DNA of 64,000 bases from Myxococcales bacterium (lineage in GTDB: Bacteria; Desulfobacterota; Binatia; HRBIN30). Shown here one piece after another: positions 38,538 to 48,624 of the stretch (its first letter is position 1; each line of letters starts with the position of its first letter). A model generated the notes under the pieces. That model searched no databases. It had not been told where the DNA came from and saw only the letters and a list, made by a program, of their open reading frames with translations. The position numbers were made by a program, and so were the translations under genes. The stretch is from the NCBI GenBank assembly GCA_037445065.1, contig JBBILD010000003.1, forward strand, positions 1 through 64,000. The letters are read 5' to 3'.

Positions 38538-40985
38538 TCAGGCCTGCTCGCTCTTGATCCGCATGCCGTAGAAGGAACGGTACACAAAGGTCACTGCGCC
38601 AGCGAAGAACGCGAGCGCCAGGAAACGGGTGAGTGTATGAGGTAGGGTGACCGCCAGCTCCACGGCCAGTAAGCCGAACAGAGTCGTGAACTTGATCACC
38701 GGGTTCATGGCCACCGACGACGTGTCTTTGAACGGGTCACCGACCGTGTCCCCGACCACTGTGGCGGCGTGTAGTTCGGAGCCTTTTTCCTTGAGTTCGA
38801 CCTCGACGATTTTCTTGGCATTGTCCCAAGCCCCGCCCGCATTGGCCATGAAAATTGCCTGGAACAAGCCAAAGAGAGCAATCGAGACCAAGTACCCTAC
38901 GAAAAAGAACGGATCCAAGCTGGCGAAGGCGAGGGTGGAGAAAAACACGGCGAGGAAGATGTTGAACATGCCGGACTGCGCATACTGGGTGCAGATCTCC
39001 ACCACCCGTTTCGAGTCGGCGATGGAAGCCTTCTCGACTCCCTCGAGGCGGATGTTGGCCTTGATAAACTCCACTGCCCGGTAGGCACCAGTGACCACGG
39101 CCTGTGTCGTTGCGCCGGTGAACCAGTAAATCATCGCGCCTCCGCAAATGAGGCCCAGCAAGAAGGGCGGGCTGAGGAGAGACAAGTGCCCGAGGTATTC
39201 CGCTTGCAGGCCGTTGGTGAGGGCCACCACAATGGAGAAGATCATTGTGGTGGCACCGACGACTGCGGTCCCGATGAGTACGGGCTTGGCCGTTGCCTTG
39301 AACGTGTTGCCCGCGCCGTCGTTTTCCTCGAGATAGTGCTTGGCGCGATCAAAGGCCGGGGTAAATCCGAACTCCCTTTGAATCTCCTCCTTCACGTTGG
39401 GGATGTTCTCGATCACGGAAAGTTCGTAGACGGACTGCGCATTGTCGGTCACCGGGCCGTAGGAATCCACGGCGATCGTAACCGGTCCCATCCCCAGGAA
39501 GCCGAAAGCGACCAAGCCGAAAGCAAACACCGGGGCGGTCATGTGCGCAGTGGCTTGCGGCAAGGCCTGCTGCAGGTCGCCGCCACTCACGATCCAAGCG
39601 AGGCCCATGAGCACAATGAAGGTTGCCCCCATCCAGTACGACGAATAGTTTCCCGCAGTGAGACCACTCAGGATGTTGAGGGATGGCCCGCCCTCGCGCG
39701 AGGCTGTGACCACCTCGCGCACGTGCGCTGACTCGGTGGAAGTGAAGATCTTCACGAGCTCGGGGATCAGTGCGCCAGCGATGGTGCCGCAACTGATGAT
39801 CGTTGAGAGCTGCCACCACAGGTTCCCCGTGCCTAAGTCGCGAATCAGCAAGTACGACACGATGTAGGTGAGGGTGATGGAGACAATCGAGGTCAGCCAG
39901 ACGAGGAAGGTCAGTGGCTGCTCGAAGTTCATTTGGTCTGCGTTGCCGAGGCGGGCGCGCTGGATGGCCTCGTTCAGTAGGTAGGAGCCGCCGGAGGCCA
40001 CAATCATCATGATGCGCATGGCAAAGATCCACACCAGTAAGGTGACTTGTAGGTGCGGGTCCTGGCCGAGAACGAGCAGGATAAAGGTGATCAGCGCGAC
40101 GCCCGTGACTCCGTAGGTCTCGAAACCATCGGCCGATGGCCCCACCGAGTCGCCCGCATTGTCGCCGGTGCAATCCGCGATCACACCCGGATTGCGCGCG
40201 TCGTCTTCTTTGATGTTGAAGACGATCTTCATGAGATCGGAGCCGATGTCAGCGATCTTGGTGAAGATACCGCCAGCGATGCGCAGCGCAGAGGCGCCGA
40301 GGGACTCCCCAATCGCAAAGCCGATAAAACAGGGGCCGGCGAAGTTGGCGGGAATGTAGAGCAGGATCACGAGCATGATGAGCAGCTCTACGGAAATCAG
40401 GACCATACCGATGCTCATCCCGGCCTTGAGAGGGATTTCGTAAGTGGGGAACGGCTTGCCGCGTAGAGCCGCGAAGGCCGCTCGCGAGTTAGCGAAGTTG
40501 TTTACCCGCATCCCGAACCAAGCCACTCCGTAGCTGCCGCCGATCCCGACTAGGCTAAAGAAGAGAACGATCAGTACCTTGGTGAGATCGCCCTCGAAGG
40601 CGCGGTAGAAGTACACCGCCATGATGACGCCGATGAAAAACTCCAGGATCAGGATGAACTTGCCCTGGGTCAGCAGATACGTCTTACAGGTCTCGTAGAT
40701 CAGTTCGGAAATCTCGCGCATGGCGCGGTGCACCGGCAGGTTCTTGAGCTGTTGGTAAATGACCAAACCGAACAGCAGGCCAAGGGCGCACACCAGCAGG
40801 CCAATGGAAAGGAGGGTATGGCCGCTCACGCCCAGAAAGTGCACGATGCGGAAGTCCGGCAGCACCAGATGCATCTCGCCGTGCGCCTGCGTCCCAGCTC
40901 CAAACGCGGGCGCGGAAAACAAGCCTATCAGCCAGATTCCCAACCAGGCCAATGCCGGCCAGCTTTTGCGCGTTCCTTCGATCAT
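38538..40985 (-). CDS. hppA: Membrane-bound cation-translocating pyrophosphatase (K+-independent type)
   Basis: GGIFTKIADIGSDL, EDDARNPGVIADCTGDNAGD, GNTFK (Lys determinant), GGAWDNAKK, GDTVGDPFKDTS. Confidence 0.93.
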   Translation of the reverse strand: MIEGTRKSWPALAWLGIWLIGLFSAPAFGAGTQAHGEMHLVLPDFRIVHFLGVSGHTLLSIGLLVCALGLLFGLVIYQQLKNLPVHRAMREISELIYETCKTYLLTQGKFILILEFFIGVIMAVYFYRAFEGDLTKVLIVLFFSLVGIGGSYGVAWFGMRVNNFANSRAAFAALRGKPFPTYEIPLKAGMSIGMVLISVELLIMLVILLYIPANFAGPCFIGFAIGESLGASALRIAGGIFTKIADIGSDLMKIVFNIKEDDARNPGVIADCTGDNAGDSVGPSADGFETYGVTGVALITFILLVLGQDPHLQVTLLVWIFAMRIMMIVASGGSYLLNEAIQRARLGNADQMNFEQPLTFLVWLTSIVSITLTYIVSYLLIRDLGTGNLWWQLSTIISCGTIAGALIPELVKIFTSTESAHVREVVTASREGGPSLNILSGLTAGNYSSYWMGATFIVLMGLAWIVSGGDLQQALPQATAHMTAPVFAFGLVAFGFLGMGPVTIAVDSYGPVTDNAQSVYELSVIENIPNVKEEIQREFGFTPAFDRAKHYLEENDGAGNTFKATAKPVLIGTAVVGATTMIFSIVVALTNGLQAEYLGHLSLLSPPFLLGLICGGAMIYWFTGATTQAVVTGAYRAVEFIKANIRLEGVEKASIADSKRVVEICTQYAQSGMFNIFLAVFFSTLAFASLDPFFFVGYLVSIALFGLFQAIFMANAGGAWDNAKKIVEVELKEKGSELHAATVVGDTVGDPFKDTSSVAMNPVIKFTTLFGLLAVELAVTLPHTLTRFLALAFFAGAVTFVYRSFYGMRIKSEQA

Positions 40986-41307
40986 GTCGGTTTCCCTTCT
41001 CTGCAAATTCGTTCTCCTGGGGTGGGGCCAAATGGCGGACCCATCTGGATCGTTCCCCACCCGAGACCACACCACAAGCGTCCCCTCAGAGGCCGCGCCC
41101 TTATGGCAAAACGCTCTTTTTGCCGCAAGGTAACCGGGCTCGGGCTAGTTTCGGGCGGTACCGGGCAGCGCTCGTGCGGCCGGGCTCGGTTGTGGTAGAG
41201 AGAAGAGGGCCCGCGGGATGGTGGCGAGGCCCTTTGGCAGCGGTGGTTGGTAGCGTTTCTCGAGCACGAGGAAGGGGCTCGGAGCGAGAAGTCAAGGTCG
41301 AAGAAGA

Positions 41308-41886
41308 ATGATCGGTAGCGAGAGCTGGATTCCGTTGACCGAAGAAGAGCGGAGCTTACTCCTCTCTGTTGCCCGGGAAAGCATCCGCAGCGCTCTCGAA
41401 GGGTACGAAGCCCCGGTGTTGGAAGAAATCCCGCCATTGTTGCAACAACCGGCCGCGGTGTTCGTGACCTTGTACCGAGGACAGGAGCTGCGAGGTTGCG
41501 TGGGCACGGTGGAGGCTCGCGAACCACTCTATCAGGCGGTGATCCGCACGGCGCGTTCAGCCGCTCTGCACGATCCCCGCTTCCCTCCGGTCCGGCCTGA
41601 AGAGGTCGATGCGCTGACCATCGAGATTTCTCGCTTGTCGCCCCTGCGCCCGGTGCCGCCGGAAGAGATCTTGGTGGGAATCCACGGCGTCTGCCTGGAA
41701 CTTGGCTCGGCGCGGGCTGTGTTCTTGCCGAAAGTGGCGCTCGAGCAAGGGTGGAGCCGAGAGCAACTCCTCGACCAGCTCGCCCGCAAGGCGGGGTTGG
41801 CTCCCGATGCCTGGCAGGAGGAGGATGCCCGCCTGTTCGTTTTTACCACCGAGGTGTTTGCTGCAGCGGGCAGCGGCCAGCAGTAG
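41308..41886 (+). CDS. AMMECR1-domain protein (AmmeMemoRadiSam protein A)
   Basis: VFVTL...LRGCVG, DPRFPP, IEIS.LSP, VFLP.V, KAG. Confidence 0.9.
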   Translation: MIGSESWIPLTEEERSLLLSVARESIRSALEGYEAPVLEEIPPLLQQPAAVFVTLYRGQELRGCVGTVEAREPLYQAVIRTARSAALHDPRFPPVRPEEVDALTIEISRLSPLRPVPPEEILVGIHGVCLELGSARAVFLPKVALEQGWSREQLLDQLARKAGLAPDAWQEEDARLFVFTTEVFAAAGSGQQ

Positions 41887-41928
41887 CGGCGCTCGAACTG
41901 GCCGCAGGGGAAAGCCACGCCGCGTGGC

Positions 41929-43128
41929 TCAGGCAGCTACGTCCGGCGCCAGCGCCTTGAGAGCCTGCTCGATTCGGTCCAGAGCTTCCGACGAGTTGTC
42001 GAGCGAATTGGCATAGGAGATGCGGATGTGGTCCGGGTAACCGAAGTCGGTGCCGCCGACGAGCGCCACGTGGGCGCGCTCAATGAGAAACTTGGCCAAC
42101 TCATCGCCGGTTTGTGGTCCCCCTGGACGCCGCAGGTACGCCGAGACGTTCGGAAAAACATAAAACGCTCCTTGCGGCATCGGACAGCGAATCCCAGGGA
42201 TGCGGCGCAAGCGCTGCATGACGAAGTCCCGCCGCTCTGCGAAAGCCGCCATCATTTGCCCGACGGAGTCCTGCGGTCCGGCGAGCGCCGCAGCCGCGGC
42301 AGCCTGAGCGATGGAAGAGGGGTTCGAAGTCATCTGACCTTGGATGGTGGTCATGGCCTTAATCACGGGAGCGGGCGCTGCCGTGTAGCCCACGCGCCAG
42401 CCGGTCATGGCGTAGGTTTTGGATACGGAGTTACAGAGGATCGTTCGTTCGCGCAGCTCGGGTCGCAAGCGGAGGACTTGGCCGAGGCGAAAATCCCCGT
42501 ACACCATTTTTTCGTAGACGTCGTCTGAAATGATCCAGCAAGGCCGTTCGGCCACAACCTCGAGCAGAGCGGCGAGTTCCTCCTCGTTGTAGGCCACACC
42601 GGCGGGGTTGCTGGGGCTGTTCAAGATCACCGCGCGGGTGCGTGCACTCCAGGCCCCTGCCAGATCACTAGCGGTGAGTTTGAAATCGTTTTCCGGGCGA
42701 GGAAAGACAATGCGCGCTTCCGCTCCGGCTAGGCGGAGCATATCCGGGTAGCTGACCCAAAACGGTGCTGGAACGAGTACTTCGTCGCCATCGTTGAACA
42801 AGGCTTGGAAGGCGACAAAGAGCGAATGCTTGCCGCCGCAGTTGGCCATGACCTCGTTTTTCGCGTACTCGACGCCGTTGTCGCGCTTGAGCTTGGTGAC
42901 AATCGCCTCTTTGAGTTCGTCGGTGCCGCCAACGGGCGTGTACTTGGTCTCGCCACGGGCCAAGGCTTGCCGTGCAGCTTCCTTGATGTGCTCGGGCGTG
43001 TCGAAGTCCGGTTCGCCCGCGCCAAGGTCAATGACCGCTACGCCCTGCCGCCGCAGCGCGTTGGCAGCCTCGGTGACCGCCAGCGTGGCCGATGGTTTTA
43101 CGAAGCGCAGTCGTTGGCTGAGTTCCAT
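41929..43128 (-). CDS. aspC: Aspartate aminotransferase (class I/II PLP)
   Basis: GEPDFDTP, NSPSNPAG, SDDVY, SKTYAMTGWRVG. Confidence 0.9.
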   Translation of the reverse strand: MELSQRLRFVKPSATLAVTEAANALRRQGVAVIDLGAGEPDFDTPEHIKEAARQALARGETKYTPVGGTDELKEAIVTKLKRDNGVEYAKNEVMANCGGKHSLFVAFQALFNDGDEVLVPAPFWVSYPDMLRLAGAEARIVFPRPENDFKLTASDLAGAWSARTRAVILNSPSNPAGVAYNEEELAALLEVVAERPCWIISDDVYEKMVYGDFRLGQVLRLRPELRERTILCNSVSKTYAMTGWRVGYTAAPAPVIKAMTTIQGQMTSNPSSIAQAAAAAALAGPQDSVGQMMAAFAERRDFVMQRLRRIPGIRCPMPQGAFYVFPNVSAYLRRPGGPQTGDELAKFLIERAHVALVGGTDFGYPDHIRISYANSLDNSSEALDRIEQALKALAPDVAA

Positions 43129-43188
43129 GGCATTCCTTTCCCCACAGGTGGTTGCGATGCGACCGAGGCGCTTATCGAAAAGCGGGCC

Positions 43189-44274
43189 TCAGCGCGAGGG
43201 AGCGAGTTTCTCCAACAGTAGACGGCGCACGTTGTCGGGAACCTGCCCGCTGATGTCGCCCCCGAGGGCGGCCACTTCCTTCACCAAGCGGGAAGACGTG
43301 TACGAGTGTGCCTCGCTGGTGGGGAGAAACACGGTATGGATGTGCGGGCGCAAGTGGCGATTCATCATCGCCATTTGGAACTCGTATTCGAAGTCCGACA
43401 CCGCTCTGAGGCCGCGAATGATGACCCGCGCGCCCACTTGGTCGCAGTAATCCACGAGCAGACCGCCGAAGGCATCCACCTGCACCCGATCCCCCGCGTC
43501 GCGCAGCGCTTCGCGAATCATGGCCACTCGCTCCTCGGGCGTGAACAGGGCCCCGCCTTTCTTGGCGTCGCTGGTCACTCCTGCCACCGCCACGATGACC
43601 TGATCGAACACCTCGATGGCGCGGCGGATGAGGTCAATGTGACCGTTGGTGATCGGGTCAAAGGAACCAGCGTAAACGGCTTTCAGTAAACGATGGGACA
43701 TTTTGTTGTCGTTTGCCATGGAAGTCTGGAACAGAGCGACCGCTGTCTTTCCATACCGGCGGGTGTGAAGCAACTGCAGCGCTCCGTAGCGAGCGCGAAG
43801 GGAACGGTCGGCTGCCACCTCCAGCGCGAGCCATGCCTCTGGCGCGAGCAACGGAGATTCCCCGAGCAGCGAGAGCAGCGCATCCAAATCGGGCGTGCGG
43901 TACGGGGGATCGGCGAAGGCACCGTGGAAACGGACTCCTTGTTGCGCCAGCCGCCGCAGCGTGGGGAGAACGGCTCCGCGTAGGACAGTGGCTCGACTCG
44001 CAAATCGGCAGTGCGCGAGATTTTTGCGCAGCGCGGCGAGAGCGGCTTCGCTTTTCTCGACGAAGGTGACATGCCGGGCACCGCGGCTGAGCGCCTCGAT
44101 GCCGAGCGAGCCGCTACCCGCGTAGAGGTCCAGCAACTCTGCGCCATGCAGGGAAAAGCGGCTTTCTACAATGTTGAAAATGGCTCCTTTGACTTTGTCC
44201 GCCGTCGGCCGAGTTGCAAGGCCGCGCGGGGCCACCAATCTTCGCCCTTTTGCCTCCCCGGCGATCACCCGCAT
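43189..44274 (-). CDS. coaD: Single ORF encoding RsmD (16S m2G966 methyltransferase) in frame with CoaD (phosphopantetheine adenylyltransferase)
   Basis: MRVIAG..KG, RPT, DLYAGSG, DPPY (RsmD), then YAGSFDPITNGH, RGLRAVSDFEYE, SSRLVKE (CoaD); no stop between; internal ATGs at 43719 and 43701. Confidence 0.88.
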   Translation of the reverse strand: MRVIAGEAKGRRLVAPRGLATRPTADKVKGAIFNIVESRFSLHGAELLDLYAGSGSLGIEALSRGARHVTFVEKSEAALAALRKNLAHCRFASRATVLRGAVLPTLRRLAQQGVRFHGAFADPPYRTPDLDALLSLLGESPLLAPEAWLALEVAADRSLRARYGALQLLHTRRYGKTAVALFQTSMANDNKMSHRLLKAVYAGSFDPITNGHIDLIRRAIEVFDQVIVAVAGVTSDAKKGGALFTPEERVAMIREALRDAGDRVQVDAFGGLLVDYCDQVGARVIIRGLRAVSDFEYEFQMAMMNRHLRPHIHTVFLPTSEAHSYTSSRLVKEVAALGGDISGQVPDNVRRLLLEKLAPSR

Positions 44275-44304
44275 CGGCGCTCTCGCCTAGCTTGCAGAGG
44301 CGAA

Positions 44305-45513
44305 CTACGCCGTGGTCAGGGCGACGCGGGCGACCGCAGCGGCGAAGTCTGCGGCTCGCACCACGGCGGCGAGGTCAATTTGCTCCACCGTATCCGTGGG
44401 CTGGTGGTAGTTCCGCGGAACGCCGTTGTCTTCGAGAGTGATCAAGGAGAGAGCCGGGTAGCCGCATAACGCGGGGACTTTGCCGTCGGTGCCGGCGAGC
44501 AGGTGCACCGGGGTAACGCGCCCAAAGCGGCCGCTTGCGGCTACCGAGCGCGCCACCTCGAGCAGGCGGGGAGGGTAGTGGGTGCGGCCGAGCAGCCCCT
44601 CGCTCAGGATATAGTGTAGGTTCCCCCCACCAACACACTCGAAGTTGATGAAAAACGTGTGCTCGGGGTCCCAATGGGAGTGCGTTTCCACGAACTCCCA
44701 CATGCCCCCGCTGCCGCATTCTTCGGCGCCGGTTCCCACCAGCCACAGTTCCACGTCGTCGCCCAGTTGCTGGGCGAGCGAGTCGCCGGCCAGCAGCATG
44801 GCGGCCACTGCTGAGGCGTTGTCGTTCGCGCCCGGCGTGGGTTGGGCCATGGCCCATTGCAAGCCGAGACCCACGGCGAGGGCGAGCCCCAGGATGTCAG
44901 CATAGCGAATGGCCCCGAACAGCCAGCCATGGGAACCGGTCCACTCTGCAAGCGCGACCGCCGTTCCCAACGCCAGCAGCAGCTCAGGGACAGCCAGGGG
45001 CGGGATGGGCAAGCGGTTGCCGTTACCTTGCCGTTGGTGGTTCCAGCCCGCAAACCAATGAGCCACCCGCGGCGAGAAAACGAAGCCGGCCTCGGTGGTG
45101 TCAATATGGGCACTGAAAATCACACGCCGGCTCGCCTGTGGCGAGCCACGACGGCCGACGACGTTGACCGAGTTCGAGACTCCGAGCAGGCGCGAGAGAA
45201 TACGTGCTTGACGCCGGTTCTCCAAACGAAACGACACCCACGCCAACAGAACGAGGAGAACGCCGATCAAGCCGCCCCACAGGACCCCGAGCAAACCCAC
45301 GGCGGCGTGCAATGCCAGCACTCGGCCCGGGCGGGGCCCTCCTTCCACTGGCACCACCTGTACATCGGAGAACCCCAGTTGCTGCAGCCAGTCTGCGACT
45401 TGATCTGCCGCCTGCCGCTCGTAGAACGTGCCGGCGATGCGGCTCGGTAGCTCGCAGAGGCGTTGGATCCAAGCGCGGGCGCGGCTCTCCCGTTCCTGAG
45501 TTGCTTCCATCAT
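44305..45513 (-). CDS. Membrane-embedded M28-family metallopeptidase
   Basis: AHID, GANDNAS, GAEE, NFE, YHQPTD zinc-ligand motifs; TM hairpins. Confidence 0.85.
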   Translation of the reverse strand: MMEATQERESRARAWIQRLCELPSRIAGTFYERQAADQVADWLQQLGFSDVQVVPVEGGPRPGRVLALHAAVGLLGVLWGGLIGVLLVLLAWVSFRLENRRQARILSRLLGVSNSVNVVGRRGSPQASRRVIFSAHIDTTEAGFVFSPRVAHWFAGWNHQRQGNGNRLPIPPLAVPELLLALGTAVALAEWTGSHGWLFGAIRYADILGLALAVGLGLQWAMAQPTPGANDNASAVAAMLLAGDSLAQQLGDDVELWLVGTGAEECGSGGMWEFVETHSHWDPEHTFFINFECVGGGNLHYILSEGLLGRTHYPPRLLEVARSVAASGRFGRVTPVHLLAGTDGKVPALCGYPALSLITLEDNGVPRNYHQPTDTVEQIDLAAVVRAADFAAAVARVALTTA

Positions 45514-45699
45514 GGGCAGGCCTCCTCTCCTTTCGTTGTGTGCTGCTCGAGTGGGAAGCCCTTAGCTAGCGCTGGCGTTTCGCGGCTGCACCCGTGCGCG
45601 CGAACGGTGCCTACAGGGGAACGCGGGGGCCTTCGACGCGGGGCGTGACGGATGTGTGCATTGCTTGGCAAGGAGCAGCGGAACCGTTAGGGAAGGGCC

Positions 45700-46260
45700 A
45701 TGTCGCAAAGTTCGTTGGCGCCCGGGTTTTTGCTGGCCATGCCGCAGATGACGGACCCGAACTTCGCGCGCTCCGTGGTGTTGCTGTGCCGGCACGATGG
45801 CGACGGAGCCATGGGTCTGGTGGTCAATCGCCCCACCTCTACCTTGGTGTCGAGCGTGGTGGCGTTCGAGCCGCCATTGCGCGCAGATCGGGCACAGATG
45901 CGGGTTTGGACGGGTGGACCGGTGGAACCCCATCGCGGCTGGCTGCTGCTCGGTTTCGATCCGGGTGGTGACCATGCTGTGTCCATTGGTCCAGGGTTGT
46001 ATCTTTCGGGTTCTGCGGACCTGCTGCGCCGCTTGCTGGAAGAAGAACCGGAGCGGGCTGCCGATGCCCGGTTTTTGTTGGGGTACGCTGGGTGGGCCGG
46101 CGGTCAGCTCGAGGGAGAGCTGGCTGCCTCTGCGTGGCTCACCGCGGATGCGGATAAGGACCTGATCTTCCACACCGATGCTTCGCTCATGTGGGAAACG
46201 GCGATCCGCCGCTTGGGCATTGATCCGTACGCACTGCAGCTTGGGTCGGGCGTCCATTGA
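45700..46260 (+). CDS. YqgE/AlgH family protein
   Basis: LLAMP...DPNF.RSVV, GLVVNRP, GGPV, GYAGW..GQLE.E. Confidence 0.92.
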   Translation: MSQSSLAPGFLLAMPQMTDPNFARSVVLLCRHDGDGAMGLVVNRPTSTLVSSVVAFEPPLRADRAQMRVWTGGPVEPHRGWLLLGFDPGGDHAVSIGPGLYLSGSADLLRRLLEEEPERAADARFLLGYAGWAGGQLEGELAASAWLTADADKDLIFHTDASLMWETAIRRLGIDPYALQLGSGVH

Positions 46261-46272
46261 GCAGGCTTGCGC

Positions 46273-47076
46273 ATGAACGGTAGTCACGAGCATCCGCTGC
46301 CCTCCGCGCCGGGGGTCCTGGCGGGGAAACGAGCGTGCATCCTGGGTGTGGCCAACGACCACAGCTTAGCGTGGGGGATCGCGCAGGCTTTTGCGGCCCA
46401 AGGCGCAGAGCTCGCTTTTACCTATGCGAACGAGGCGTTCGAGCGCCGGGTGCGGCCGCTGGCGGCCTCTCTCAACGTGGAGCGCGTCTATCCCTGCGAT
46501 GTGCTGGTGGACGAACAAATTGCCGCTCTGGCTGAACGTTTGGGCGCGGTGTGGGGCAAGGTAGACGTGTTGGTGCACGCCATTGCCTTTGCCGAACGCG
46601 AGGACTTGAAAGGGCGTTTTCTCGATACCTCGCGCGCCGGCTTTCGCCTCGCTCTCGAGGTGAGCACGTACTCTCTGGTGGCGTTGGCGCGGGCGTTCGA
46701 GCCGTTGTTGCCGGCGGGCGGATCGGTGCTCACGCTCACGTACTTTGGCGCAGAGAAGGTGGTGCCGAATTATAACGTGATGGGCGTGGCCAAAGCGGCC
46801 CTCGAGGCGAGTGTCCGTTACCTTGCGTACGAGCTGGGCTCCAAGCAGGTACGGGTGAACGCCATTTCAGCCGGTCCGGTGCGCACTCTTTCTGCTGCTG
46901 GCATCAGCGGTTTTCGGGATATGCTGCGCCATCATGCCGAGCGAGCCCCACTGCGACGCAACATTCGCGCGGAGGAAGTCGCGCATGCGGCCGTGTACTT
47001 GGCGAGCGACTGGGCAAGTGGGGTCACCGGCGAGGTGGTCCATGTGGACGCGGGTTACAACATCGTGGGAGTGTGA
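46273..47076 (+). CDS. fabI: Enoyl-ACP reductase
   Basis: GVANDHSLAWGIA, YNVMGVAKAALE, NAISAGPVRTL. Confidence 0.94.
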   Translation: MNGSHEHPLPSAPGVLAGKRACILGVANDHSLAWGIAQAFAAQGAELAFTYANEAFERRVRPLAASLNVERVYPCDVLVDEQIAALAERLGAVWGKVDVLVHAIAFAEREDLKGRFLDTSRAGFRLALEVSTYSLVALARAFEPLLPAGGSVLTLTYFGAEKVVPNYNVMGVAKAALEASVRYLAYELGSKQVRVNAISAGPVRTLSAAGISGFRDMLRHHAERAPLRRNIRAEEVAHAAVYLASDWASGVTGEVVHVDAGYNIVGV

Positions 47077-47139
47077 GCAGGAGGCGCACCGGAAGCCAGG
47101 TGCCAGACGGCGGCGCCGGCGCAGGCAGGCGAAAGAGCG

Positions 47140-47928
47140 ATGCGCCCAATCTTGTTTTCCATAGGTGACTTCTCCGTGCCCAGTTTCTGGGCCATGGCCT
47201 TTCTGGCGTTTGTGGCGGGCTTTTTCGTGGTCCGCTCCGAAGTGCAGCGGCGTGGGTTTCCGGCCGACCTTGCCTATGACATCCTGCTGTATGCGTACAT
47301 CGGAGGCTGGGTCGGGGCGCGCTTGTTCCTGATCCCCACTGCCTGGGATCTGTTTGGCTCCGATCCGCTGGCCTTCTTGCTCTCGGGCAGTGGCTGGGTC
47401 TGGTACGGCGGCCTCATTGGCGGCGCGCTAGCGGTTGCCTTCCTGGCGCGCCAGCGTGGCGTCCCGCTGCTGGTGCTCGCGGACATCACCGCACCAGCAC
47501 TGGCGTTGGGGTTAGGCATCGGGCGAATCGGCTGCCAGCTCAGTGGCGACGGCGATTACGGCGTTCCCACCGACCTGCCGTGGGCCATGAGCTACCCGCA
47601 CGGAGTGGTGCCGACCACCGAGCGCGTGCACCCAGCGCCGGTGTACGAGATGCTGGCTTCGTTCGCCATTTTTGCTTTCCTGTGGCGCAAGCGCCGGGCG
47701 GCGCGCAGCGGAGAGATCACCGGCTGGTACTTGCTCTTGGCGCCAGCGGCGCGCTTCGCAATCGAGTTTGTGCGGCGCAATCCGGCGTGGCTGTGGGGGC
47801 TGACGACGGCGCAAGCTTACAGCATCGCCCTGATGTTGCTCGGGATCTTCCTGCTCCGTACCGCGAAACGCGGCGCAAGGCAGAACACCGAGCAGGCTGC
47901 GCAAGCAGTGGCGGACGGCGCCGCGTGA
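47140..47928 (+). CDS. lgt: Prolipoprotein diacylglyceryl transferase
   Basis: GARL, YGGLIGG, GRIGC, HPAPVYE, RFAIEFVR. Confidence 0.88.
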   Translation: MRPILFSIGDFSVPSFWAMAFLAFVAGFFVVRSEVQRRGFPADLAYDILLYAYIGGWVGARLFLIPTAWDLFGSDPLAFLLSGSGWVWYGGLIGGALAVAFLARQRGVPLLVLADITAPALALGLGIGRIGCQLSGDGDYGVPTDLPWAMSYPHGVVPTTERVHPAPVYEMLASFAIFAFLWRKRRAARSGEITGWYLLLAPAARFAIEFVRRNPAWLWGLTTAQAYSIALMLLGIFLLRTAKRGARQNTEQAAQAVADGAA

Positions 47929-48033
47929 GCCGCCTGGCGCAGGAGCCGGCCGAACGGCGGTCTGGGGCAGCACCGAGAGACGTTGGGCGTGGGCTTGCGC
48001 TCCCCGGCTGCGCCGGCCTAGATTGCCGGTATC

Positions 48034-48624
48034 GTGCGCAAAGCGTGGCTCCTGCTTGCCGTTGCGATCGTGGCTTCACCCGTACGCGGGCAAATCTACG
48101 CTTGGCGCGATGCAGATGGGGTTACGCACTTTACGAATCTCGAGGAGGAGATTCCTGCGAGTGAGCGGGCGAACGCCCGAGAGGTGGTCGGGGCCGCCTG
48201 GAGCCGTGCTGGGTTGCAGGCGGAAGCGGAACCGGCGCCACCGGTGAGAGAGGAGAGAGGTGCAGCCACGGTCGTCGTGCCCGCGTTGGCTACGCGGCCC
48301 GCACCCGTTCCACCTGTTCGAGTGAGGGAGGTCGCCGGGGGAAACGTTCAGATCCAAGGTCCGCTGGCGGTTGCCGTGGCTGATGCCCCTGCGTTCGCTG
48401 CTGCCGTACCGGCTGTGTTTCCCGGGTTTGTCACCACCGCCTTCGACCGCGGTCGCTCGCGCCATCGGACACTGCGGCTTCTGGCGGAGGAGGCGCTCTT
48501 CCCTGAGCTGGTTTGGCCTGTTGCTTTGGCGGTTCCTTCTTCGCCGTGCCCGCGTCCCTGGCTGACCTTTGCCGGCGGTCCGCGGTATTCGTGCCTCGAG
48601 TGGCCACCGCTGGCGTTACGCTGA
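48034..48624 (+). CDS. Secreted DUF4124-domain protein
   Basis: Signal peptide followed by IYAWRDADGVTHFTN. Confidence 0.7.
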   Translation: MRKAWLLLAVAIVASPVRGQIYAWRDADGVTHFTNLEEEIPASERANAREVVGAAWSRAGLQAEAEPAPPVREERGAATVVVPALATRPAPVPPVRVREVAGGNVQIQGPLAVAVADAPAFAAAVPAVFPGFVTTAFDRGRSRHRTLRLLAEEALFPELVWPVALAVPSSPCPRPWLTFAGGPRYSCLEWPPLALR

